A stretch of 64,000 nucleotides of DNA from the NCBI RefSeq assembly GCF_009914755.1, contig NC_060925.1; one strand, 5' to 3'. How positions within the stretch are numbered: the first letter of the stretch is position 1; every line of letters begins with the position of its first letter. This DNA is from the human T2T-CHM13v2.0 reference genome, Homo sapiens. The notes under the pieces were generated by a model. It did not search any database. It saw only the letters and a program-made list of their open reading frames with translations, and had not been told where the DNA came from. This document shows, piece after piece, positions 41,822-59,445 of this stretch. Made by a program: the position numbers and the translations under genes.

Positions 41822-42610
41822 CGTAGAAAAAACAAACTCAGCTTCTCCTACTATATTCTCAAACACGCTTCTGACTCCAGATGTGTGGTGATTTCTCCCT
41901 ACTGCAAACAAGCAATTAATTCTTTTCTGCAGCAGACATCAGCTAGGTATCCTCTGATTAAATTTTATTCTGATACTATTTACCTGGAAATAGCATCAGA
42001 TCACACTGATTGAGGGTTCAGTCCCACAAGATGACCCCCACTTCTGATGCCAGTTACAAGATCCAGGTTGTTTACCCTGTGCTCTGACTGACTGGCTATA
42101 AATTGGGGTTTCTACAACCTTCTTCTTGTGTTCTATTAATTTGCTAGAGGGGCTCACAAAACTCGGAGAAACAGTTCTTTGTTATAAAGAATATTACAAG
42201 GGATACAGATGAAGAGATGCATAGGGCAATGTATGAGAAGCGATGTGGAGCTTCCATGTTCTCTCCGGGCACACCATCCTCTAGAAACCTCTGCATCTCC
42301 AGCTATCCAGAAGCTCTCCAAACCCAGCCCATTTTGGATTTTTATGGAAGCTTCATTATGTAGGCATGATTGATTAAATCATTAGCTATTGGTGATCAAC
42401 TTAAACTTCAGCCCCTCATCCCTCCTAGGAGGTCATATCTGTTCTTTCTAGTGACCAGTCCACTTGCTGAAGCTATCCAGGAGCTGCCAGCCACTTACCA
42501 ACCCATTAGCCTGCAAAAAGATACTTATCACTTTGAAGATTCCAAGGACTTTAGTAGTTGTGTGCTGGGGAATAGGGAAGAAGACTAAAAATGCGTACCG
42601 CAATATGACA
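41822..42610. mobile_element. MER21-like LTR
   Basis: cagctaggtatcctctgatt...agggttcagtcccacaaga...ggatacagatgaagag...tgattaaatcattagctattggtgatc; same orientation as the 15575 copy. Confidence 0.75.
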
Positions 42611-43449
42611 ATCCAGATGAAGCTTCATGGAGGACTGCAAATGATACCATTCAGTCCCTGATTTCTCTTTCGTCCTACCTTGGTTCAGCCTCTTTGAAAT
42701 TGTTTCTTTTTTAAGATAAATTCTTTTCAAGGGTGACAAGATGGCTATAGATATCCTGTCTCACATCCTCACAACTTCCAATCTAGTAGAAGAAAAGCCA
42801 TTGGAGAATATTTTATTTGTGTGTATTATGAATTTTATAATAAATGTAAACTAAAAAAATTGGCCAACTAATAAATCTTGTAAAGTGATTTCTTAAAATT
42901 GGTTTAACATATTCATGCTATATTTTACCCCTGTTGTGCACATAGGGAATATTAATGGGCAGTAACTACATCTCATTTCTCAGGCTTTTCAGAAGAAGAT
43001 TCATTTATGACCTAAAATAAACTCATGTGATCACAGATCATTAGGTGAGAGCAATGAATGTTTGTGGAGGGAGTCATCAGTTTGCCAGAAAGGAATCAAT
43101 ATCCACAAAGTCATTCCCAGTATATTCGATGTGTTGTTATAGCGTAAGGAAAATATAGCATTGACTGTCAGTCAGGAGTATGTCATTTTATGCCACAAAT
43201 CTACTCCAGAAAGTTAAATGAGATTAAAAAAAAACTATCATAGGCTTGGCTTATTTACAAACTCATTTTTATTAGGTGCCACTTAGAAATTGTCATGTAA
43301 ATGTTCATGAACTTACCTAAAATAAATCTCCTTTTTTGTGGATCATTAGAACTGCTGCTCCACCATTTACAGACCTACTTGCCCCCAGTTTTTATATCCT
43401 ATATATGGTGGTCCCAAGAGGAGACTTTTGAAAGTTTTGGTAGGAGTCA

Positions 43450-46315
<2,866 letters not shown>

Positions 46316-47427
46316 CCTCATTCTGGTCCTATACAACTGTAATAACAACAAACTTTTCATATAACAGTCATTTGAGTTGGGATGGTGAGGGCAATCTGGT
46401 TATGACATCTGTTACCCTGTTGGTCTTCAGGAATGATTTGGTTGACTGTGCAAGTGGCCTGTTCTCACCACTTAATGTACATCTTTCCTGATATTTTGCC
46501 CTTGGCTAAGCAGGATGACCTATTTAGATAGTAGAGGACCATTCTTCATTCTTTATTTATCTGAATTAGAATCTTATCCACCAAGGTACATAATTATCGT
46601 CTTCTGAGAGGTAGTGTATTTTAGGCAGTAGCTACTTTGTACTAAATTAAATCTTTTTGACAATAGACAGGCAATTTTCACCTAAACGGGATTTGAGTAT
46701 ATTGGAATATATGCTTGGGAAGACAGCTCATCTTGATAAGTTAATTATAAATTATTTGCATAATAATATTCAGATTGAAAACTTCTATAAAATAAGTATT
46801 ATTAAATGTTGGGATGTATTTACATATATTTTATATTAAGTTTCACATGAAATTATTCTTTCAGTATATGTAGAATGTCACAAATTTGTGGCTAGACAAA
46901 GTTCAAGCTCATCTTTTGCATCATTTGTGAAAAATAGTTTTACTGAGTAGAAGAGGGTTTTTAGCATAATTTCAAGGGGAATGGCTATATAATTTGAAAT
47001 GTCAAACTCCTAGCCATCAGAATTATATGATGTTTTGAATATATTTTTCTCTGTATAGTGGTCTTTACTTTTCAAAGTGCTCTTACTTTTGCTTTAGTTT
47101 CACCAGAATACTAGAGGTTGGTATGGGTGAGATCCTATTTTGGGGTAAGGAAGTTTTTCTAGGTAATATATACAGTGGTTGAATAACATACCTGTAAACA
47201 CACCATGTGCTTATGGTATAGCCCCTCCTCTCCTCCTCCAGTACTTTTTCCACTTCATCAGACCATTCCTCTGCTAGGTGCCTTATTAAATGATGTAGAT
47301 AAAAATAAACACAGGGCTTGGAAGCAGATCCATCACATCCTGATTGTGTGTCCTTGGGCAAGTTATTTAACTTCTTTGAACCTTATTACTTAATCTCTAA
47401 AATGAAATGAAATTATCATAACCCTTA

Positions 47428-47796
<369 letters not shown>

Positions 47797-49239
47797 CTAA
47801 CCAAATGCTAGCAGTTATTTTCCTCTTGAAAATAATTAAAGGAAACTTTACCAGGCTTTGTTATTTTATTTGTTGTATAGAACTTATAAATTTAATAAGC
47901 TTTTCTTTAAAGCAATCAGTTATATTTCATAATTCAAACTACTGCCCACACCCATATGATTTAATGAGGCTTGATAATACTAAAAAATAGAATTGTAATA
48001 GAATTATTTTGAATATTTTAGTAATGTGTTATGCAATAAGCATAATTTCAGATTCATCTGCAAATGGCTAGATTAACTATAGGTGAAAGAAGGTCTTAGG
48101 TAGGTTGGGGCTGGGGTGGGATAGAAGGAGGATTATCCTGAGCTTGGCTTGATTTGCTTCAGGACTATGCTAGCTGCTGCTCATGGATTTAGAGTAAAGG
48201 AGCAGACTAAGATTCCTAGCACAGTCTCGCCATAGAGAGAGCGTTCAGTGCTTTCTCAAAGGAGCACTTCCTCCAGCTATTTTGTTTATTTATTTATTGG
48301 CACCCCAGATGGGACAGGAACCATTCAGCTATTTACAGTCGTGCTCATATACACTAACAATTCAGTCACTCCCTTTGTTAGTTTATTAATTTGTTGCTTA
48401 AAAGACATTTATCAGGCATCTGTTGAGCCAGCAAAATGCTCCTGGTCAGTAGTGTAAGTTCAATGTGCTGTATCACCTGGTAGTACACTAGACTAGCAGG
48501 TGCTCAGTACGTGTTTCTGATTATCTTCTTGTTTCTCCACCATTCTAAAAAATAGGCTATTGGTTTACATGGCATCTTGTGTGTGAAGAGTCACAGAAGT
48601 CCCTGGATGATCAGCTTTATGAAATGAACATTTTCATGTTTTAGGGGATGTGATTTGGCCTGCAGCATATATTAATTCAAGTGAAATGAGTTGTGTAATA
48701 ACACCATGTGCATATGTTATAATCCAAAGTATGCCAGTCAGGTGGCATCACCCCAGTTTTCTATAGGTGGAATTGAGCTAGAGAGGTCATGGAAGTTGAT
48801 CACTGTCAAGCAGCTGGTAAGAGGCTGATGCATGATAAAAGTGCCTGTCTCAGATGCCAATAGTGTAATTCTTTCCATTATATCATCTATCTCTGTCTGT
48901 TATAAGCACTTTATTCAGCGATAATCATGAACACATGTTAGACTTAAAAAATATAAAGAAGCCAAAATATGAAATTTTACAATACTAAATATGGTGAAAC
49001 ACTGTTAAAGTTACACTGTGGTTTGCTCTAAACTTCTAGATCAAATATTGTGAATGCAGGAAAAACAATTGGTTTAGGAGTTCACACTTATGTTACTAAA
49101 TGAATGCTTCTTGATTACATCCACAAAGCACTCAGTGAGCATTGTCTTCAATTGGTTTAATGTAATTTTCACTTTTCCATATCAGTTTTTAATGTGGCTA
49201 CATTGCTTTAATTAATTTTAAAAGATTATTCTAGTTGCT

Positions 49240-51870
49240 TGTTCATTTATTTAACAAATAATGAATGCTCACTTACTATGTGTCAAGTACCATTCTTATC
49301 ATCAGGAATACAGTGGTGAAGAAGACAAAATTCTTGGCCTTCTAGAGCTTGTATTCTAATGGGGGAAACAGCCAGATAACAGAAAACCCATTAGTATAAT
49401 GTCAGGTGTTATGAAGAAAAATAAGTGCTGCAAAGAAAAATGAAACAGAATACGGGAAGAGAGATTGATTGGGAATGCTGTCTTAGACAGACGGCCTAAG
49501 GAGGCAGCATTTAAGCAGAGAACTGATGAAGTGAGGGAATAAGCCCTGTGACCATCTGGAAGAAGAGTGTTCCAGGCAAAGGGGACAGTAAGCACAAAGG
49601 AATGAGAGTGGAACTGGCTTGACATGTTGAGGAACAGCAAGGAGGATGTTGAGGCTGGAACTCAGCAGAAAAGTGTGGTTGGTTCTGCAATCAGAGAGGT
49701 AGGCAGGGCCCAGATCATGTGGGGTTTTGTAGATCACAACAGAGGCTTTGTATTTTTTTCAAAGTGGGCTGAGCAGCCAGTGGAGGGTTTTAAGAGTAGA
49801 GAGGCAAGATCTGACTGATGTTTTCATAGTCAGTGTGGCTGCTGTGAGAAGAAAAGACTGAAGACGGGCATGAATGTAAGCAAGGAGACCAGTTAGGTTA
49901 TTCTATCAGAGAGGTCCAGTAGGGGGTGAGGTGATGTGCTTTGGAATAAGAGAGGAATGGTACTGAGGGAAGAAGTTGTCTGATTCAAGGTACACTGTGA
50001 AAGTAGAGCTGATAGACTTTACTAATGGTTTGCTTCATGTGTTTGAAAGAAAGAAGTCAAAGATGACTCCAAGGGTTTTACCCAAAGGAACAGGTTAAGT
50101 GGTTGTGTCATTTACTGAGATTAGGAATATTCAGAGAAGAAAATATTGTGGGAGATCAAGAGCTCTATTTTGGATATGTAAAATCTGAGATGCTCATTAA
50201 ACACCTAAGTGGTGGTATTACATATAAGAGACTGGATCCAGTTCAAGAGCAGAGTTTCAAGCTGGAGTTATGAATCATTGAGTTATCAGTCTATAGTGGT
50301 ATACAGGTTTAAACTGTGCTCCTCACCCCTCCAAGAAAGATATATGTAAAGCCCAACAGTCTACTCTCCCCCATCCCATACCTGTGAATATTTGGAAATA
50401 AGGTCTTTGCAGATGTTTTTAAGTTAAGTATCTTGAGATGAGATAATCCTGGATTTAGGGTAGACCCTAAAATCCAATAACTGATATCTTTATAAGAGAA
50501 AAGAGAGAGATTTAAGACAGAGAGAGACAAGATAGAAGGCCATGTGAAGATGGAGGCAGAGATTGGAGTTATGTTGCCACAGCCAAAGAATGCTAGGAGT
50601 CACCAGAAGTTGGCAGAGGCAAGGAAGAACCCTCCTGTAGAGGCTTTGGAGGGAGTCAGCATGACACTACCGACAGCTGGATTTTGGATGTCTGGCTTGC
50701 AGAACTGTGAGACAACAAATTCCTGTTGTTTTAAGTCACTTGTTTGTGGTAATTTGTTATGACAGCCCTAGGGAATTAATTCAGGTGGTGTCTACAGCTT
50801 TGAGACTAGTTGAATTGAGATTACTTAGGAGATGAGTGTAGGTAGAAAAGAGAAGAGGGCCAGAGACAGAGCCCCGGGGCACTCCAGTATTTTAGCAGTG
50901 GTGAATAGGAGGGAAAATAGCAGAGGTGATGAAGAAGCGGTAGAGAATCAAGTGACTGTGGCATTCCAGAGGACAAGAGAAAAATGGCTTCAAGAAGGGC
51001 AATGTAATTGGCCATGCCAAATGTGGCTGAGAGATAGAGGAGGGTGATGTGGCAGGTCAACCAGGCCTACTGCTTAGGAATGTGAGGAAGCCCAGTAACA
51101 GCTAGATTGCTCCCAACCTAAAGACGTCAAAGACAGAGCACCCATATTTCTTTGTCCCTCTGGCTTGTCAGTTTTCCCCAGTTCTCACAGGCTGTATTGG
51201 ACTTCAAACTTAAAATGCTGCTCTCTGAGGAGCCAGGAAGATGCTGAGAAGCTGCATCCATTCAGTCACTTGTATTCTTAGCTCCTGATTCCTTTCCATC
51301 CACTGCTGGAAGATTCAGTAGTAAACAGAAAGAAAACAACCTTGAACTCGGTCCAAATCATCCTCACCTCCAATCTTTGTATCAAAACTAGACTTTTATG
51401 TTTCACCCAATGGAGATAAGGGTGGAGAACTGACCATTGGATCTGGCACTTGAAGGTCACTGGTGACCTTGATAAGAAGGGTTTGGTAGGAAAGTCTCCT
51501 TAGAGAGGGTTCAAGGAAAACTTGGCTGTGAGGAAGTGAAGACAGGAATTATAGACAGCTCTTCAAGGCCCACTGTAGAGGGAAACAGAAAAATGAAACA
51601 CTAACAATAGTAGTGTAAGATGAAAAGAATGTTTCTGAAAGATGGGAGATATTATAACTTGTTTGTGTTTTGATGGAAATGATGTAGAAGAGAAATTAAA
51701 TTGGTGATGGAGGATAGAGATGAGATAAATGCAGGAGAATGGGATAAAGGCAGGAAAAATGAGTGAGAAATGTCCTTGATTTAGGAGAATGAGGATGGGA
51801 TACAGGGCACCTGTGAGAGTCCTGGCCATAGATTGAAGAGAATTGGATTATTTTTCCATTTTAATCATAG
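49240..51870 (-). mobile_element. Long L2 (L2a-like) with insertions
   Basis: ttcatttatttaacaaata...ctatgtgtcaagtacc (3' end), tgttccaggcaaaggg, gaagtcaaagatgactccaagg and tcactggtgaccttga. Confidence 0.8.
50300..50783 (+). mobile_element. MLT1C-like MaLR solo LTR
   Basis: atttggaaataaggtctttgcagatg...ggccatgtgaagatggaggcagagattggag...tttgttatgacagccctagg; TSD agtgg/ggtgg. Confidence 0.88.
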
Positions 51871-54379
51871 GAAAGGAAGAGGACATGGAGACAGATGAAG
51901 TTAGTTGATAAATTGATTAGTGGGGAGATAGCTTTTGATCGTATTGAGTTTATTTATGATGGCTGAATATCTGCCTATCCTGGTAAGTTCTAATGATTGT
52001 ATAATAAAGACATTATGTTTACACTGCTGCTCAAGGTGCCTAGCAGTGTCACTGACATCTGCTTGTTTTATAGATATTGCTATACCCTGGCTGAACCGTT
52101 CACCCTTGAGAGACATTCACATTTCCTGTATGGAAAGCAGAGGAGTTAGTGGTGGTGTTGATTGATTACTTGATCATGAGTTCATTACCCATGAAGACTA
52201 TAACTGTGCCTTTTATCTTCTGAGCACAGCAGTATTTTAGCATTACCCATCCAGTTTGTCATCTACAATAGAGGGCTGTTCAAAGGCCTCGCTAGGGAGG
52301 CAAATGTGTCTGGAAATCCCTTTCACGGTGATTTATTTCACAGCAAATGAATTTCATTTCTAAATCTAGCATGACCAGAGGTCTTCCTAGAGTATAAAAC
52401 CATCCCAAGAGGAATGTGAGACCTCTGGCTGGGAAAGAGGGCACCATCTTCTCTTGAGATGAAATTCGTGAATTGGGCCAGAATTAACTACTCAGCTGGT
52501 GGCAGACTTTTAAATTCATCTTATGGGGGTGTGTCCCTACATACCTCCTTCAGCGTTTGCTTTTTGATATCTCCCTCTTAAATCTGGAAAATGTTAAAAA
52601 TCCATGGGTGATGTAAACTGATATTCATTGACCTTTGGCAACATTTAGCAGATATCCAATCTGCTGTCTGGTCATAGAGATGGTGGAGGTGCTGCTTAGT
52701 TGAGCAGAAGCTTCAAACATCCAGGCATTGTCAACACTCAGAATATAAAGAATATGTTTATAAACTGCAAAAATAAAAACAATTCATGGAGGAAACCTAT
52801 TTTCCAGGTACTATATCTGTCTCTGCACCTGTTCTTCACCCCAATTAGATTTCCATTTTACCTTAAAATTCTTTGCTTATTTGACCAATTTAACAAATGT
52901 AATAGATGCTAATTAATTGCATTGAGCGCCCAAATGCTACTTGATATTTATTGAATCAGTTAATATGTATGAAAAAATCAGATTAAAAAATGACTTCATA
53001 TGTAGCTTATAGAAGCCATGTTTTGACTTCTTCAGGAATATGTTTTTGAGCTTTTTATAATATGGTTGAGACCCATAAACTCAATTATAAAATAGAAACA
53101 AAGACTAAACCTGAAGGGTTTGGAGTCTTTGAAAAATTTGTTTTACAAGTTCTATCCAATTCATTGTTCTTTTAAATTGAGAATTTACTATGCATTGGGC
53201 TTGAACAAGACAAACGCTAAGTCATGTTATAATTCAGCTTGTTTGCAAAGAGTAGATCATTTATCTGCATGTTGAGAAATGGGCTTGCCCAAGTATAGAG
53301 GAACACTTTCATTTTAAGCTTTAAAAAAGTAAATTGAGTCTTATTTAGATTTGAAAATATGACAACAAACACATTAGCTTTATAGGCTTAAAAAAGCTTT
53401 TTATGAAAGTATATATTCTTTGATATGCTGATTTAATTGGGAAAATGATATGATTATAAAATTTACTGTGAAAAAAAGGAAGAATATTTTTAGGACTTGA
53501 ATGTGAATGTGTGAGTGTAAAATTTGGATTTTTAAAAAGTAAGAACAAAAGAAAAATGTGAAGGCACAATGATAAAGTGAATGTGCTGTTAAAATAGAGC
53601 TTGTTATTATCATCAATGTAAAAGGCCTCAACGTGGATTTCTAATGCGTTCATTCCTTTTTTGCCACTGGGGGTCACTGTAAAGACGCTGCTTGAAGAAG
53701 TTAAAAATTTCCCTGATGCTCTTTGTGGAGTTTGAATGTAGAAATTTAATGTAGAAAAGAAACACTGTTCATGAAAAAGACTTAAAAAAGTAAGAAGATA
53801 ATAAATATATTCTCTCTTTTTCTGAATTTAATTGCCAATTAGTAACATGAATCTTCATTTTTTTCAGAAATTCTCTTTATATTAATATATGGATGTTGCA
53901 TTGCTATTCAAGGTAAAAGTGTTTAATAATGATGACTTTAGTGTTACAGAATAATTGTGCTCTTATGTCTTTCTTATTTCAAAGACATTAAAACACAATT
54001 AATAGTTTCCTATGCAATTACATCTTACTCCTGGATTCTGATGTGACCATGAGTTTCTAACATTTCCATTAATGTAATAGCTCTTTTAAAAGTTGTTATA
54101 AAAACATATTCTACAAGCCATCCCCAGAATATATAATTAAACTAGATTCATACAGTTATTTTGTTGGCAGTGTAAATAAAATATGACAATGAAAAAAAGC
54201 GAAATTCTTCTAAAGTTCTGTAAGAACTCCATTTTTCATTGCTGAGTTTTAGGATCTTCCCCTCCCTCCTCTCCTGCCCCCTCCCCTTCCTCTTTTTCCT
54301 CTATTTCTTCCCCCTCCCCTTCTTGCTCTCCAACATTTCTTGAGTGGCTGCCAGGTACCTTGAATACAAGAAAAACTAT

Positions 54380-55620
54380 TTTTTTCCATTGAGATAAGAG
54401 TGAAGTAAGGAAGTGTACATGAGGCCTATATGTAGATATCTGGAGAGGTATTTGATTTTTTCACTGTAAGTGGGGAGCAAGGCTATCAGCTGAGGAAGAA
54501 CTGGGGTGGGGGTGAGGTAAGGATGATAAGAGAGAAGGGGGTTGTGTAAGACATTTGGGGAGAAATGTATTTTGACCAGCTGCTGTGGAGAAATATGGAA
54601 GGAGAAAGTGGGCAGCACTGGGGGACTCTATTGAGGCCATAGTGCATCTGCACCAAGCTTAGTGGTTGTGTAATTCCCAAAACCACTCAGCAGCTGGGAG
54701 GTTGAAGAGGCAAATACTTGGGTTGCTTTTAGATCAGGATTTTGCAGGGAGGGTTGAATGGAAGATAAAAGTGGGCAAAAGAGTTGAGGATATTGGCAAA
54801 ATAATAATTGGAAAGACAGACTGTGAAATACTTGGAAGAAAGTGAAATAAAAAAGAATCTGTATGTTTTGAGGAAGATGAAATGGTTTCAGGGATGGGCT
54901 TCTGGACAAGATTGAAGAATAGCAATGTGTTCCTATAAAGAGAAGAAAGAAAAATGGGAGAATAGGAGTTTGTGGTTAAAGAGATGTATATTAGAGTTTA
55001 TGATTTACAGCTGGAACAAGTCCAGGTTATAAATGTCCAGGATGTGGTCATGGGAGGAAATTGCTAAAATGGCCTGCAGTTGAAAAATTATTGAATAGAA
55101 GCAGGCAAGGAACTCAATAGCCAGCGGACTGGATACATCGTCCTCATGCACATTGCTGCTGCTTGGATAATGGCGGAACTAAGGGGAGTGAGGACTAACA
55201 TGATGATGCTAAAACCTTCAAAAAATGTGTGTGTGTGTTTGTGTTGAAAATGGGTGTTGTAGACATTTGGTAGAAGACAGCAACAAGGGGGAATAGAAGC
55301 TGCTTTACCCAGACGATGTCAGGTTCCAAAGCAATGTTTTAATGTGAAGGTGGAAGATTTGGGTTTGGAGAAGCACCAAGGAGTAAGAAAAATTCTTTAA
55401 TCTCTACTCTTTTCCTCTAACCCTGGGCTCTGTGGAGCATGGGAGAATATACAGTCTCTACCTGAAAGGCATAAAAAAGAGGACTCAGTTTAAATAAAGG
55501 CAAGGAAGTGAGAGCTATTGTTTAGACAAGAGTGTGAGTGTGTTGGAGTAATTTGGTGACAATAAAGATGGTTCCAGATGGCACAGTGAAAAGGATTGGC
55601 AAATAGGCAGCAAGAGGAGG
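54380..55620 (-). mobile_element. Degenerate L2 internal fragment
   Basis: Purine-rich degenerate LINE-like sequence; family assignment tentative. Confidence 0.4.
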
Positions 55621-55751
55621 AAGCAGGCAGCATGTTGGAATGAAAGTACAAGCTGTTCTGCTAAAGTAACAGAGAAACATTCTGAAGAAATTTTGCTTTA
55701 ATAAGAATTTGCATTAATAAAACCATAAACATATAAAAATTACATTTTAAA

Positions 55752-56002
55752 ACAGTACAGCCCCCAGTGGTTAATAGCACCACTCTGGAGCCAAACTGTC
55801 TGATTTGAATCATGGCTCCACCATTTACTAGTTGTGTGACCTTGAACAAATTTCTTAATTTCTCTGTGTCTCAGTTTCCTCCTCTGTAAAATGGAATAAT
55901 AATAATACCTTCCTTTTAGGACTGTTTTGATATTAAATGAGTTAATGTCTGCAAAGTACTTAGTACAGTGTCTGGCACTTGATAAACTATATAAAAGTGT
56001 TA
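55752..56002 (+). mobile_element. Near full-length MIR
   Basis: agtggttaatagcaccactctggagcca...tgtgaccttgaacaa...tcagtttcctcctctgtaaaatgg...attaaatgagttaat. Confidence 0.92.
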
Positions 56003-59000
56003 CGTAAAAATAATTTGTTAAGTTGGTTAAAAAGCGAGTTTGTGGCTCATGGATTTCAGACTTATAAAATTATTTTTCTATCAGGAATTGTTATAAAGGC
56101 TTTAAAAAACCAATAGTTTTAGCAGTTTTAGGAAGCATATAGCTGTTAAACTTAAATCTCACTCAGCAATGTTGACCATTGCATTACACTTCCTTCTTTC
56201 CCTTTTCTCCTAGGGCTGCCGACACTATCACTCGTCTAAGGCTCCTTGCACATTGATGGGTTATAAAGGTGATAACCAAGTATGATGCACAAAGCCAGAG
56301 CCACCCTTTCAAAAAGCAGCTGTGTTACCTACACAATTGTGTGTGTGTGCGCACTGGTTGTTTTTTAAAAAGCCAATTACAATTACAATTATTAAAAGAA
56401 AAACAGAAAATTACAATTTTCAGTAACAGTGCCTGTAGAGGTCTGTATAATGAAAATCACGTTCCTATTTAGTAGGTCCCAACAAAACCAATTGACTTAA
56501 TGGAAACTTTTGCTGTAGTAGAAATTCCTGATCATGGAGGACAGATGACCAGAGGAGCTTGGATTTGGTTTGTGAGTGAAGGACAAAATTGACTGAGAAA
56601 GATCTGATGGTACTAACTGTTTACAAGTTAACCAGCTGGAACCAGTTAAAAGAGTTTCCTCCTGTTGCTGATAAGAATCACTGGATGGTGTTCTGAGCCC
56701 AGGACATTTTGTGGTCAATAGTCACTAATATGAGGTATGTGTTCAGGATTCCAAATAGATTGCTGAGGGTTGTGTGTGGAGCTTGATTAGTTATTACCTG
56801 AAATGTAAACTCCCATGAGAAAGCAAGACTGGGAAATACCTCACAGTCCCAAGTCCACAGCAGTGGTGGGTGCCTACAGGGCAGGCAATTATGAAGTCTT
56901 TCTATGCTGGCAGTGAGGGAGGTTTCTTGATTAAATCCTAATTGTGCTTTCTAGGAGGAACGCTCTTGTCTGTTGTCTATTATTCTTCCTGTGTTCAACT
57001 TGTGAAAGTTTCTTCCTTGTCCGTTATCTTCTTTGACATATCTGAAGAAGAAATGGGGGATTGTGACCTTCTTGAGAGATTCACAGCTTTCACAGCCTGC
57101 CTTCTTCTTGTAAAAACTTGGGGTGATGAAAGTTGTTTTAAGACTCAGAGGCTTTTTCAGGCCAGGCCTTTTGTTTCTTTGTGAATTTAGTTACTTTAAA
57201 AACTCAGTAAGCTTCTCTACTATCTGCTTCTTGTTAATTCCATGTACAAATAACTGTACCCAATGATTTTTCCTAGACACAGATCTTAAATCTATTTTAT
57301 TTATTTATTTTTCATGTGGCCAATACCCTCCACCCCCTTCTTCTGTCTCTTTCAACTTATTGTGGTTACCTTGAGGCTACCTGAGACAGTAGGCTTGGGT
57401 GGGGAAGTATGCATTCTAAGTGTAAAGTTTGATGAGCTTTGACAAATGTCAACCCATGTACCAGAACATTTTCATCACCCATAAAATCTCCCTTGTGTCA
57501 CTTGCCAGTCAGTGTCTATTCTAGTATCCAACTCCTGGCTCCAAGAAACCATTGAACTGTTTTCTGTCACTATAAATTAGATTTGTCTTTTCTAGAGTTT
57601 CATGTAAATGGAATCATACACTAAGTACTCTTTGTGCCTGGCTTCTGCTCAGCATAATGTTTTTGAGAATCATTCATGCTGCTGCATGTTTTCAGTAGTT
57701 CATTTTTTTAAATAGGTGAATTGTAACTCATTCTGTGAATATACCATATTCTGTCTTCCATTTATCTGTTAGTGGATCTTTAGGTCGTTTCTAGTTTTGG
57801 GCTATTGCAAATAAAGCTGCTGTAAATATTAATGCACAAGTTTTCCATGTTCATATGTTTCATTTCACTTAGGAAAATACCTAAGAGAGGAATTGCACAT
57901 ATTAAAAAAATTTTAAAAACTACTAAGCTGTTCTCCAAAATGGTTGTACAATTTTTATTCCCAAGAGCAATATGAGTGTTTAATTGCTCCACATTCTCAC
58001 CAACACTTGGTGCTTGTTAGTTTTATTTTCATTGTTTTCATTGTTATGTCTGTGAGGCAGCATTGATGTGCATGTCTCTGAGTGTCATCTTAGCGGTGAT
58101 GCTGAGCATCAGTTCACGTCCTTATAGGCCGTTTGTATATCTGCTTTGTGAAATGTCTGTTCAAATCTTTTGCCTATTTTAAATTGAGTTGTGTTCGTCT
58201 TCTTAGGATTAAGTAATGAGTTAAAAATATTTCTGATACAAATCTTTCATTATATATTTCTAATGCTTTCTCATCTATAGTTTATTTTCTCATATTCTTT
58301 AACTGTATCTTTTGAAGAGCAAATTTTACTTTTGATTATGCCCAATTTATCAAGTTTTTATATGGCTCTTTTGATTATGCCCATAATCACATTAGACTTT
58401 GCCTAACCCAAGTTTGCAGAGATTTTTTCTTTTATGCTTTTATCTAGAAATTTTGTAGTTTTAGGTTTTAAAAAAGTTTAATTTATTTATTTGAGACAGG
58501 GTATTGCTCTTTACATATACTGGAGTGCAGTGATGCAATCATGGCTCACTGCAGCCTCAACCTCTTGGGCTCAAGCGGTTCTCCCATCTCAGAGTCCTGA
58601 GTAGCTGGCCAGGTGCATGCCAGCTTCAATGTGTTTTTCATTTGCATTTCCCTGATAATTATTGACGTTGAGCATTTTTTTCATATATCAGTTAGCTATT
58701 TGTACGTCTTCTTTTGAGAAACATCTATTCGGGTCTTTTGCCCATTTTAAAGTCAGATGGTTTGTTTGTCAGCTATTGAGTTGTTTGAGTTCCTTGTATA
58801 TTCTGGATATTACCATCTTGTCAGATGCACAGTTTGCAAATTTTTTTTTTTCCATTTTGTAGGTTGTCTCTTTCTCTGTTGTTTCCTCCGGTATGCAGAA
58901 GTTTTTTAGTGTGATGTAATTTCATTTGTCTGTTTTTGCTTTTGTTGCCTGTACTTTCTTATTCTTATCCAAAAAATCTTTATCTAGATCAATGTCACGA

Positions 59001-59445
59001 AGAGTTTCTCCTCTGTTTTCTTCGAGTAGTTTTTTATAATTTTGGGTATACATTTAAGTCTTTAATCTATTTGGAATTGATTTTTGCATATGGTGAGAGA
59101 TCAGAGTCTAATTTCATACTTTTGGATGTGGAAAGCTAGTTTTTTCAGCACCATTTATTGAAGAGACTGTCTCTTCTCCAATGTGTGTTCTTTGTGCCTT
59201 CGTCAAAAATCAGTTGGCTGTGCGTGGATTTATTTCTGTGTTCTCTATTTTGTTCCATTGGTCTAGTTTTAGCCTTAAATTTAGGTCTGCAATTTTTTTT
59301 TTTTTTGTATATGGTGTGAAGTAAGAGTCAAAGTTCATTATTTTTCATATGGATATGTAATTACTCCAGTACCATCATTTAGTTTGAATGGACTGTCCTT
59401 TCTCCATGGAATTACATGGGCATCTTTTGTCTGAAACCAATTATG

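Noticed and set aside
48098-48120. G-quadruplex candidates here and at 23845-23862
   Set aside because: Only three G3+ runs each; not canonical.
53661-53679. Third CTCF-like motif TTGCCACTGGGGGTCACTG
   Set aside because: Two mismatches at high-information core positions; cannot be supported without ChIP data.
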